This document shows positions 21,901 to 29,305 of a DNA stretch of 64,000 bases, piece by piece. Origin of the DNA: a virus; the IMG/VR virus record IMGVR_UViG_3300032401_000690, positions 80,148 to 144,147 of that record; one strand, 5' to 3'. How positions within the stretch are numbered: the first letter of the stretch is position 1; the number at the start of each line of letters is the position of its first letter. The notes below the pieces were generated by a model. It had not been told where the DNA came from. It ran no database searches and saw nothing but the letters and a program-made list of their open reading frames with translations. The position numbers and the translations under genes were made by a program.

Positions 21901-22481
21901 CAAATCAAGAATGTAGTGATAATTTAAATTCTGATTATAAAAATAAAAATTATGTAACGGCAACACCACAAAAAAACACAATTACAATTAAAGAAGCAAT
22001 AACATTAATTAATAAGAAAATTAATGAGTTAAACCCACCAAATAAAGAAGATTTAGCGTTATTAATTTATTCCATAATGTCATTAAGGTTAAGTACTAAA
22101 TTTAGTGGTTATGGTAATAATTATGGTGTTATACCATTAACATCATCATATGGTGGTTCAGATGTTAGTTTTAGTAAGACATATTTCTGTGATACTAATA
22201 AAACTCCAATAGTTATTTTTAATACTCCTGATTTATTTATGGATTTTATGGTTAGTAAATATGGTACTCAGATGGTGGCATTAAACGCTTATTTATTGAA
22301 TTTTACGACTTATCTTGATCCCCAACAATTGGCTAAAGCGATTGTTAAATTCTATGTTATTAATTTCCCATCAATAAGTGATAATAATGTATACGACAAA
22401 TTACCTGAAGATGATAAAATTAAATATGAGAATATTGTTATTAACGCAATTAAGGAATATAGGTTAAATGTGGGTCAATAA
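15912..22481 (+). CDS. Very large baseplate hub protein (gp27/late-control-D/VgrG-like fold at both ends)
   Basis: N-terminal LGITQINISY...IDVTLEDVKGRALF and C-terminal SYRCSIDMMGNALMQPMMYFNLRNVPMFSGPYMITKVSHRIG...TTIEGQR. Follows the gp53-like gene. Confidence 0.65.
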   Translation: MADNGENILVEFDYQNITVIDPNKIIDKDGKPQQRLINHEDLVMYANLECTVLPRTKLALGAPLSDTIRTVSVASMNFLNPGNKTFLDDDWSDEITGKNTLQGKGVNQKKSNIIPGNTSNIDKSDDYYITQTLVSNGNPGAVDNGLLGITQINISYSTDFMPIIDVTLEDVKGRALFEGGNNSPYAAFFQLPYPLFYLTIKGYLGKAVRLPLMLVTFNASFDPGSGNFRVQLKLYTYKYTIMSSVNWGGMMAAPLMYQSNVKTKQTTTTKNGNGNDKVTSSWSSTGFAKMKELYATYKSKGLIDDGFPEITLQELKVRLDTFLKNIIEEYSKTNMDVLNKLEEYAKNLTEYEQKVYIYSGEDAWAKKYLDFTDVFITKPTNTQKDGLTLYKFKKEYDTAEKRQLALTVLDGLVISYNGLLKGNATLGDNKPNSIPVNIVLDLKKNVSTFYSNATVTDIDLVKTYFTRSNKKITEEEKATFEAKVKLEFNSSQLFFFEGKGSFIDQTSTIAENFQIQKQKIEEGIAKDLTNKIGATFKSDGKGGGSGGIGFAPTIRNVLAVFFAQGEAFLRLLDDVHTKAWDLRDSPLRKNAILSNSSTVNSVDLKDLSIEKTPIYPWPQLIVENNLKEDGERFELMYPGHPSIATKVRAFSPEIWPEVQFVEEFIKGTVERSVKQDFPGSVTNSETKPSRLSFNAIEFPISNEVYQNTEEVKFFYEIYERMLLNSFYSKLSRDSNIDFNMKEYYAECEVLDIITALGSDNPYLTKKLKEYNLTSGSYLAFLKHISNEGSGESWQNFVRGEFNTSYIKNEVNSSFGLLSGDIIDNDKSMPLLSLKDVSQSTEYFGDNNNIENYDFTDLYPITNLGWDNTYLANAKGIQKAENIFKTTQVLEYNNTNKIITNYLNKGKGKDPITNFNYKPAIFSQTIDFTLLDLKVFYKNRKFEDQFITEGNIYYSNYENKLDADQTTSMLNTPYFVNAIQQGVYNFRYKSNDQSPYKSAAFLFLNSLPLATLKEKYKEYGDNASTKELDYIISTFKKFGAVHELPYAWILKYGSIWHRYKTWKETGVDILSEVWTDYNYAYNYDPTNSATTKNYTVTINGVTKEIILQDNFTSGLLTQTKINPGFYPRTIDDFNVFLQGQKVFGAIPQLINGTCTVSGTTLEITSINSNDIFTGAVLSGSGLSIGTTILDQLNGTAGGIGTYVISPLQTSGTTQFVVTNNNANGYTSGEIQGAIDNGLSLVNTTDSVITKTPGFDLGSITRGLSITPWSCYVATTDGESIYPMPSFGSTINQTLVECFRPNGTLKTEVSNNGAMYNGSVRTFWKAPNYGYFDNSRLSIPSPDSYLKEVFNDVAIQQNFSINGETNKYSTISELFTTFNKEILDILETEFLNFSRSEYDYNSTLSSNDELDSSKQNKNFQSLMRVVMKLPKPSPTSTNGNSIVKEIQENQITNFTSYLTTFMEYKVVMKYGNPSNYDKKLFYTFSNQFIIDPYSYQGYNQNSPNSLPTAGGTLTLSQSKTQYPETWKTLETYIGFSEIPELVYSDNGSYITDFFVDIDVEFSENNIKNFAPIIKMYATQKLQNSAITKVEFYSLMDTYLTKNTTYLNTVLDLELTRLRKELPTIEITSADGNVKSDLEGEQTRYELWDLFKTINDTWISGADFKSKTLFEDVLIMDRASRDVGQKVFVDIFMLKNLMENANYANKLLDIVQSILTANNFVNFTLPAYANFYNVKDVSKNPSPKPEGTLEFANTLFGTFLDVDYRETSAKFLCLYSNPPSKHLAMNENTDYRYRDDAFDLRRATDNPLLENQDGKTNWDKSNKVVGFNVDIGPQNQQIFKQIDISQDPGLPTSESLEVLNQMANLDQNRGGYTQSVSLYNLYKNRSYRCSIDMMGNALMQPMMYFNLRNVPMFSGPYMITKVSHRIGLDGFDTTIEGQRQPFYSIPKIESFIQSLSTKILSNIREKVEQNNKEINATTTNVISQTNNVVNNSNMTVGLSPNQECSDNLNSDYKNKNYVTATPQKNTITIKEAITLINKKINELNPPNKEDLALLIYSIMSLRLSTKFSGYGNNYGVIPLTSSYGGSDVSFSKTYFCDTNKTPIVIFNTPDLFMDFMVSKYGTQMVALNAYLLNFTTYLDPQQLAKAIVKFYVINFPSISDNNVYDKLPEDDKIKYENIVINAIKEYRLNVGQ

Positions 22482-22536
22482 TCTACCAACACATAAATTT
22501 TTTAATACTTAATGATATTTATATAAAAAAGAAATT

Positions 22537-22761
22537 ATGAACACTAAATTAATATTAGATAACTACTTGGGTAAAAACACAAGAGTTACAGAAAAAGACA
22601 AAGGAAATGGTTATAAAGAAGTTTGTGACCTTGATAGTGGAGATTGCTACACAATTAGAATGAAAGATGGTTTAATTGAGAGAGTTGACAATACTATGAA
22701 TACAAATAAAAAAATCCAAGTAGAGACTAAAACAGGTATTAAACAATTATTAAACGGATAA
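22537..22761 (+). CDS. Hypothetical protein (late)
   Basis: 74-aa ORF preceded by TATTTATA (22516-22523) and an A-rich leader. Confidence 0.7.
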   Translation: MNTKLILDNYLGKNTRVTEKDKGNGYKEVCDLDSGDCYTIRMKDGLIERVDNTMNTNKKIQVETKTGIKQLLNG

Positions 22762-22765
22762 TAAA

Positions 22766-23416
22766 ATGAGTGTAGATAAAAAGATTTTAGAGGAAATTAA
22801 GAGATATAATTCTATTAATAGTTATATTATGGAACAAGACATTCCTGATTTACCACCACCATTACCGGGAGATGTGCCACCGGCACCTGATGCGGCACCA
22901 TTACCGGGAGATATACCACCTGCACCTGACGCGGCAGCACCTGTACCACCTGTAGGGCCAACACCTGAACCTATTGACATTGCAAATGATCCTGATGTTG
23001 AAGAAGTTGGTAAAGAGGAGGACGAAAAAGAAGATATTGAGATTACTGATTTGGTAAAATCACAAAAAAATATTGAGGATAAACAAGAGGAATATTTTAA
23101 TAATTTATTTGGCCAACTTGAGAATATGGAATCTAAGTTGGGTGAAATGGATAAAATTATGAATGCTCTTAATGCTCTTGAGGTTAAAGTTGAAAAAATG
23201 AGACCTAAAACCCCACAAGAAAAATTAGAATTAAGAAGTTTGGATTCAGGACCGTTTAATCAAAAACTATCAGATTTTTTTATTGACAAAGAAGAAGATA
23301 TGGAAAAATCGGGAAAAAATGAATATGTTTTAACATCGGATGATGTTGAGGACTTTTCACCAAACGAAATTAAGGGAACTTTTAATTCCTACGATGATGA
23401 TGATATGATGCCGTAA
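22766..23416 (+). CDS. Acidic, Pro-rich coiled-coil protein, possibly head-associated
   Basis: 216 aa with a tandem 13-aa PLPGD(V/I)PPAPDAA repeat and a central coiled coil. Confidence 0.6.
   Translation: MSVDKKILEEIKRYNSINSYIMEQDIPDLPPPLPGDVPPAPDAAPLPGDIPPAPDAAAPVPPVGPTPEPIDIANDPDVEEVGKEEDEKEDIEITDLVKSQKNIEDKQEEYFNNLFGQLENMESKLGEMDKIMNALNALEVKVEKMRPKTPQEKLELRSLDSGPFNQKLSDFFIDKEEDMEKSGKNEYVLTSDDVEDFSPNEIKGTFNSYDDDDMMP
22859..22936 (+). repeat. Two tandem 39-nt coding repeats
   Basis: CCATTACCGGGAGAT... begins at 22859 and 22898. Confidence 0.85.
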
Positions 23417-23456
23417 TTATAAAACCACAAAATGTGGTTTTATTTACGACAACAAG

Positions 23457-23485
23457 TTGACAACACACAATTTTCTATTTATACT
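23457..23485 (+). promoter_or_regulatory. Sigma70-like promoter upstream of SSB, overlapping a TATTTATA motif
   Basis: TTGACA (23457-62), 17 nt, TATACT (23480-85). TATTTATA at 23476-83. Confidence 0.6.
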
Positions 23486-23514
23486 TTCTATGTAAACTTT
23501 TAATTAATATATAT

Positions 23515-24378
23515 ATGGCGACAACAAATGTTTTAGATGCGGTTTTGGCTCAGTATGAAAGCTCAAAACAAGGTGGTTCTTCTAACACCACAAAAATGTC
23601 TCAGGACGAAAGAATGAAAAAATATTTCGCGGCTATCCTTAAGGATAACGAGAAACAAGGTCAGAAACGACTTAGAATATTACCAACAACTGATGGGTCT
23701 TCACCTTTCAAAGAAGTATGGTTCCACGAACTTAATGTGGATGGTAAATGGCAAAAATTCTATGATCCAGGAAAAAATGATAATGAGAGATCACCATTGA
23801 ATGAGGTTCACGAAGAACTTATGTCAACGGGTAAAGAATCTGACAAAGAAATGGCACGACAATATAAAGCTCGTAAGTTTTATATCGTTAAAGTAATTGA
23901 TCGTGATAACGAACAAGACGGAGTTAAGTTTTGGAGATTTAAACACAATTACAAACAAGAAGGGATCCTTGATAAAATTATTCCAATTTGGAAAGCAAAA
24001 GGTGATGTTACCGATTCTGATAAAGGTCGTGATTTAATCTTGGAACTTACCAAAGCAAAAACTCCAAAAGGGGCGGTATATACAGTAATTCAAACTGTAA
24101 TGTATGATGACCCAACACCAACTCACGAAGATGTGGAAACAATGAACACTTGGATCAATGATGAATTGACTTGGGAAGATGTTTATTCTAAAAAACCAAT
24201 TGAATACCTTGAAGCGTTATCAAGAGGTGAAACTCCACGTTGGGATAGTGAAAAAGGTGGTTACGCCTATAGTAATGATGTTGTTGCAGAAACTTCTATT
24301 GGGGGATCAAAACAAGAGTCAAAGACTACTGTTGACCCACAAGCAAATGAAGAGGTTGACGAGGAATTACCATTCTAA
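23515..24378 (+). CDS. ssb: Single-stranded DNA-binding protein (T4 gp32-like)
   Basis: RLRILP, PFKEVWFH, FYIVKVIDRD, GRDLILE and an acidic tail ending DEELPF. Confidence 0.85.
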   Translation: MATTNVLDAVLAQYESSKQGGSSNTTKMSQDERMKKYFAAILKDNEKQGQKRLRILPTTDGSSPFKEVWFHELNVDGKWQKFYDPGKNDNERSPLNEVHEELMSTGKESDKEMARQYKARKFYIVKVIDRDNEQDGVKFWRFKHNYKQEGILDKIIPIWKAKGDVTDSDKGRDLILELTKAKTPKGAVYTVIQTVMYDDPTPTHEDVETMNTWINDELTWEDVYSKKPIEYLEALSRGETPRWDSEKGGYAYSNDVVAETSIGGSKQESKTTVDPQANEEVDEELPF

Positions 24379-24400
24379 AAAAAAAAGAACCTAAATGATA

Positions 24401-24432
24401 GGCACCGATTTACAATGTCGGTGCTTTTTTTT
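24401..24432 (+). terminator. Rho-independent terminator
   Basis: GGCACCGA-TTTACAATG-TCGGTGCT followed by a T run. Confidence 0.8.
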
Positions 24433-24458
24433 ATCTTTTAAAAAACAAACAAATTATT

Positions 24459-25448
24459 ATGGCAATAAAAAAGAAAGAAATATCCTTGGATGCAATCAAG
24501 GGTAAATTCTCAACAAAAACAAAGTATAAACCAGAAAGTTTTTATAATTGTGGTGAGGCGTTTATGGGGGCTTGCGGACTACCCGGACCTGTAATGGGGG
24601 GTATAAATATGTTCTTGGGGCATTCAAATGCTGGAAAGACAACGGCAATGATCCTTGCGGCTGCGGACGCTCAGAAAAAGGGTCACTTACCAGTTTTTAT
24701 TATAACGGAGAAGAAGTGGAGTTTTGAGCATAGTGTGGAATTGGGGTTACAGGCTCAAAAAAATGCGGATGGAACTTGGGATGGGGACTTTATATTTAAC
24801 GATTCGTTTGATGTTATTGAACAGGCAACGGACTTTATTAACAATATTTTAGACGAACAAGAGAAGGGTAACCTCCCTTATAACTTATTGTTTTTGTTTG
24901 ATAGTATTGGGTCAGTTCCGTGTCAGATGACTTTTGACGGAAAGGGTGGGTCCATGCACAACTCAAGAGTTCTTGCGGATAAAATAGGTATGGGGATACA
25001 TTCCAGAATTTCTAAATCTAAAAAAGAAGATTATCCTTATTATAATACTTTAGTTATAGTTAATCAACCATGGGTCGAGTTACCGGACAATCCATTTGGT
25101 CAACCTGAAATTCGAGCCAAAGGTGGTATAGCAATATGGTTGGCGAGTAGTTTAATATTCTTATTTGGTAATCAGAAAAAAGCTGGTATCAGTCATATTG
25201 ATGCAACTAAAGACGGTAGAAAGGTGTCATTTGCAATTAGAACAAAGATATCTATTTTGAAAAATCACGTAAATGGTCTCGGTTACAAGGATGGTAAAAT
25301 AATTGCAGTACCGCAAGGGTATATTGAAGACACAAAAGAGGCTTTAGATAATTATAAAAAAGAATATTCGGAGTATTGGGCAACAAAATTAGGTTATTCG
25401 GAATATTCTTTGGATGAATATACTAATGACATTGACCCTGAAGAATAA
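24459..25448 (+). CDS. recA: RecA/UvsX-like recombinase
   Basis: Walker A GHSNAGKT, FIITEKK, Walker B LFLFDSIG, VIVNQ, AKGG and ILKNHV. Confidence 0.9.
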   Translation: MAIKKKEISLDAIKGKFSTKTKYKPESFYNCGEAFMGACGLPGPVMGGINMFLGHSNAGKTTAMILAAADAQKKGHLPVFIITEKKWSFEHSVELGLQAQKNADGTWDGDFIFNDSFDVIEQATDFINNILDEQEKGNLPYNLLFLFDSIGSVPCQMTFDGKGGSMHNSRVLADKIGMGIHSRISKSKKEDYPYYNTLVIVNQPWVELPDNPFGQPEIRAKGGIAIWLASSLIFLFGNQKKAGISHIDATKDGRKVSFAIRTKISILKNHVNGLGYKDGKIIAVPQGYIEDTKEALDNYKKEYSEYWATKLGYSEYSLDEYTNDIDPEE

Positions 25449-25501
25449 AAAAAATTGTTAATGGGACACTCTTTTACTTGATTTGACGATATTTATATGA
25501 T

Positions 25502-26389
25502 ATGTGTGATTGTAAAGAAACTATTGGCCATAAAACTTCTTGTTTTATTAAATGTGATGAATGTGATAAAATTATTAAATATAAGGCTTTATCTACATAT
25601 AAGACATCCATTAGACGAAGTAAAACTTTTGGGTTATGTTCGTCTTGTTTAAAGAATGGGGAAAGAAATCCGTTCTTCAATAAGAAACACACTAAAGAAT
25701 CCATGGTTAGGATGGTTAAAACCTCAAATAATAGTGAAGAAAGAAAAAAATATTACGAAAAAATAAGGTCAGAAGAATATAGAAAATATTTAAGTGATTG
25801 GATGAAAAAAAATAGTCCGATGAGAGGTAATTCATATTATAAAATATGGGTTCAAAAATATGGTGTCGATAAGGCCGATGAAATGAATAAAGAGTGTTCG
25901 TTAAAAAAATCGGTTAAAGGGGAAAAAAATTATTGGTTTGGTAAAACCCCCCCCTTTGGTTCTGGAAATGGTTGGTCAGGATGGTACAATGGGTGGTATT
26001 TTAGAAGTTTATTGGAGTTGTCGTATATGGTCAACGTAATAGAAAAATATGGGTTTAATTGGGAGACGGGAGAATCTAATAAATTTAAAATTGTTTTTAA
26101 ACATAAAGATGTGGTGAAGAATTATTTTCCGGATTTTGTATTAAATAATAAATATATGGTTGAATGTAAACCAAAAAGATTATGGAATACCGATTTAATT
26201 ATAAATAAAAAAAACGCAGCTGAAGAATTCTGTCAAAAAAATGACTTAATCTATAAGTTAAGAGATATACCAAAAATGTCTGATGATGAGATATTATCAT
26301 TATATGTAAATGGGGAATTAATTTGGATAGAAAGATACCGAATAAAATTCCAAGATAGAATTTTAAAAAAGAGTAACAAAATATTGTAG
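25502..26389 (+). CDS. Free-standing homing endonuclease (NUMOD3 DNA-binding + TnsA-like PD-(D/E)XK nuclease)
   Basis: GERNPFFNKKHTKES and GEKNYWFGK NUMOD3-like motifs. YFRSLLELSY and YFPDFVLNNKYMVECKP TnsA-like nuclease motifs. Confidence 0.8.
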   Translation: MCDCKETIGHKTSCFIKCDECDKIIKYKALSTYKTSIRRSKTFGLCSSCLKNGERNPFFNKKHTKESMVRMVKTSNNSEERKKYYEKIRSEEYRKYLSDWMKKNSPMRGNSYYKIWVQKYGVDKADEMNKECSLKKSVKGEKNYWFGKTPPFGSGNGWSGWYNGWYFRSLLELSYMVNVIEKYGFNWETGESNKFKIVFKHKDVVKNYFPDFVLNNKYMVECKPKRLWNTDLIINKKNAAEEFCQKNDLIYKLRDIPKMSDDEILSLYVNGELIWIERYRIKFQDRILKKSNKIL

Positions 26390-26411
26390 TAACAATTATA
26401 AAAAAATTTAA

Positions 26412-27431
26412 ATGACCAAAACACTTATTGTTGATGGTAACAACTTATTAAAAATTGGATTTCACGGAGTTAAGGATTTCTATAATGATGGGGAACACAT
26501 TGGTGGGACTTGGCATTTCCTTAACACAATCCGTAAATTTTTAGAGGAAACTAACTTTAACAAAGTTATGGTTTTTTGGGATAGTGATACAAACTCAACC
26601 CAAAGAAAATTAATATACCCCAAATATAAGATGAATCGTAAATCTTCTCCTGATAATATGGAGAAGACAGATTCATTTAACAAACAAAAAACAAGAGTTA
26701 AACAATATCTTGAAGAGATGTTTATAAGACAATTGGAGGTTGAAAATTCGGAAGCGGATGATCTTATTGCCTATTACTGTCAGATCTCTTTAGATGAGGT
26801 TAAAACGATATTCTCGTCCGACAAAGACTTAACTCAATTAATATCAGAAACGGTAACAATATATTCCCCCAACCTAAAGGCATATTATAAGTTTGGTGAT
26901 AACATTAAGTTCAAAGACTGTTTAATTCCCCATTATAATGTTAAAACATTTAAGATTGTTGCTGGTGATACATCAGACAACATTGATGGTATTAGTTTAA
27001 TGGGTGAGAAAACTTTAGTTAAATTATTTCCTGAAATACTTGATTCGGAAATAAGTTTTACAGATATTTTAACAAGAGGTAAGAAATTATTGGAAGAACA
27101 AGGTAAAAGTGTTGTTTTAAATAATCTAATAAGTGGAAAAACGAAGGAGGGTATTCTTGGGGAAAAGTTCTACGAAATAAACAAGATATTGGTTGATTTA
27201 TCTGAACCACTTATAAGTGAAGAGGGTAAGGAGATGGTTAAACAATATTATTCAGAAAGTTTAGATCCTGATGGAAGGGGTTATAGAAACTTAATGAAGA
27301 TGATGATGTCGGACGGATTTTTTAAGTATTTACCAAAACGTGATGACGCTTGGGTTGGATTTATAAAACCATTTTTAAAATTAACAAGAAAAGAAAAAAC
27401 AATTTACAAAAACAAAAAAACAAATTTATGA
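26412..27431 (+). CDS. 5'-3' exonuclease / flap endonuclease (T4 RNase H / Pol I N-terminal-like)
   Basis: LIVDGNNL, YPKYKMNR, EADDLIA, SSDKDLTQL and GDTSDNIDGISLMGEKT. Confidence 0.93.
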   Translation: MTKTLIVDGNNLLKIGFHGVKDFYNDGEHIGGTWHFLNTIRKFLEETNFNKVMVFWDSDTNSTQRKLIYPKYKMNRKSSPDNMEKTDSFNKQKTRVKQYLEEMFIRQLEVENSEADDLIAYYCQISLDEVKTIFSSDKDLTQLISETVTIYSPNLKAYYKFGDNIKFKDCLIPHYNVKTFKIVAGDTSDNIDGISLMGEKTLVKLFPEILDSEISFTDILTRGKKLLEEQGKSVVLNNLISGKTKEGILGEKFYEINKILVDLSEPLISEEGKEMVKQYYSESLDPDGRGYRNLMKMMMSDGFFKYLPKRDDAWVGFIKPFLKLTRKEKTIYKNKKTNL

Positions 27432-27877
27432 GAGATCAAGATTTTACAAAAGTGGAATTCCTTTTAAAGTGTAATGAGAACATCGTTGTTCAAAGATTCT
27501 TTAATGTTAGGGGTTTTAATCCTGAATCAAAAAATTCATTAGATGTTTATAACTATATTGGAGACTTATGTCGTCAATTGACTTATAATATGAAGATGAG
27601 AACTGTTGTCTATATGATGGACAACCAATATGAAATTCAGGAAAATCCTGACATCTTAAACACATCAAATACGGATGGTGAAGAGAACTTTAATTTAATA
27701 ATTAGGGTTGGGGATATGACAATTTGTCATAGAGTGTTTGATGCAAAAGTGTACCCACCAAAGGTAAGATACACCGTAGACCTACGTCCGCAACTAAAAG
27801 GTATACTATCTGACTTGACTGACATTTTTTCAGGCAAAAATTTTAATACGGAATATGGCGGATTTAGTTTAGTTTGA
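27428..27877 (+). CDS. Hypothetical protein in replication cluster
   Basis: ATG at 27428 overlaps the exonuclease stop (ATGA), which suggests translational coupling. 149 aa. Confidence 0.7.
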   Translation: MRDQDFTKVEFLLKCNENIVVQRFFNVRGFNPESKNSLDVYNYIGDLCRQLTYNMKMRTVVYMMDNQYEIQENPDILNTSNTDGEENFNLIIRVGDMTICHRVFDAKVYPPKVRYTVDLRPQLKGILSDLTDIFSGKNFNTEYGGFSLV

Positions 27878-27910
27878 TAGTATTTATCTTTACGAACGAA
27901 TAAAAAACAT

Positions 27911-29290
27911 ATGGCGACAAACAAAAATTTTGATTATTTAGGGAATAATTTTCAGATTCAGTTATTGAATCAAATCATTTTGGATAAAGAATTTTCACAC
28001 TCAATTATTGATGTGATTGAGTCTAGTTATTTTGAAAACAAATATTTTAAAATAATTATCCAGATGATCAGAGAGTATTATAAAAAATACGATCACACAC
28101 CATCATTTGACACATTAGAACAAGTGGCAAAATCCGAATTACAACAAGAGATTGCATCCAAGATTGTTTTGGATATGATTGGTAAAATCAAGGATGCACC
28201 TATTGACGGGGGGGATTTTGTTCAAGACAAGGCACTTAAGTTTTGCAAACAAGAGGAAGTAATTAAAGTTATGGGTAAGGCTCAAAAAATCATTGATGGT
28301 GGTGAATTTGAGAGTTATGAGACCATAGAACAAATGTTTAGAGAAGCATTACAAGTAGGTGAAAAAAACACAAATTTGGCAAGTGTTTTTAGTAACTTGG
28401 ATCAAGTATTAGATGATGACTACAGACACCCCATACCGATGGGAATACCTGGTATTGACAGGTTGTTAAAGGGTGGTTTGGCTAAAGGTGAGATTGGAGT
28501 TATTTTGGCACCGACTGGTGTTGGTAAATCAACTCTATTAACTAAGATTGCTAATCACGCATTTAACTTGGGGAACAATGTAATACAGATCTTCTTTGAA
28601 GATAATCCAAAGATTATTCAGAGAAAACATTACACATTATGGACTAAAATTCACCCGGACGAATTATCAGAAAAAAAGGATGAGGTTATCCGAAGAGTTA
28701 AGGAGATTGAGGATTCTATGCCGAACAAATTAATTATGCAAAAGTTGCCCTCAGATACGGTTACAATGCTTCAAATTAAGAACCAACTCAGAAAGTTAAT
28801 TGCGGATGGTACCAAGATAGATATGGTATTATTGGATTATATTGATTGTGTTGTTCCGGATAAGAATTTGGGTGATGAATGGAAGAGTGAAGGATCTGTA
28901 ATGAGAGGTTTTGAATCAATGTGTCACGAACTTGACCTTGTTGGTTGGACTGCAACACAAGGAAACAGAAGCTCAATATCATCTGAAGTGGTTACAACAG
29001 ATCAAATGGGTGGTTCCATTAAGAAGGCACAAGTTGGTCACGTAATTATCTCAGTTGCAAAAACATTACAACAAAAAGAATTAAAATTGGCGACAATAGC
29101 AATTACTAAATCAAGAATTGGTGATGATGGTATTGTCTTTGAAAATTGCAAATTCGACAACGGTATGTTAGAAATTGATACCGAAAGTTCTATGACATTT
29201 TTAGGTGTGGAGGAACAAAAAGAAGACAGACAACGTCAACGAGTAAAAGAGTTGATGGAAAAAAGAAAACAAAAAGAACAAATAAATTAA
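27911..29290 (+). CDS. dnaB: Replicative DNA helicase (DnaB / T4 gp41-like)
   Basis: Walker A APTGVGKS, FFED, LLDYID, WTATQGNR and ITKSRIG. Confidence 0.93.
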   Translation: MATNKNFDYLGNNFQIQLLNQIILDKEFSHSIIDVIESSYFENKYFKIIIQMIREYYKKYDHTPSFDTLEQVAKSELQQEIASKIVLDMIGKIKDAPIDGGDFVQDKALKFCKQEEVIKVMGKAQKIIDGGEFESYETIEQMFREALQVGEKNTNLASVFSNLDQVLDDDYRHPIPMGIPGIDRLLKGGLAKGEIGVILAPTGVGKSTLLTKIANHAFNLGNNVIQIFFEDNPKIIQRKHYTLWTKIHPDELSEKKDEVIRRVKEIEDSMPNKLIMQKLPSDTVTMLQIKNQLRKLIADGTKIDMVLLDYIDCVVPDKNLGDEWKSEGSVMRGFESMCHELDLVGWTATQGNRSSISSEVVTTDQMGGSIKKAQVGHVIISVAKTLQQKELKLATIAITKSRIGDDGIVFENCKFDNGMLEIDTESSMTFLGVEEQKEDRQRQRVKELMEKRKQKEQIN

Positions 29291-29305
29291 ACAATTAACA
29301 AAACT

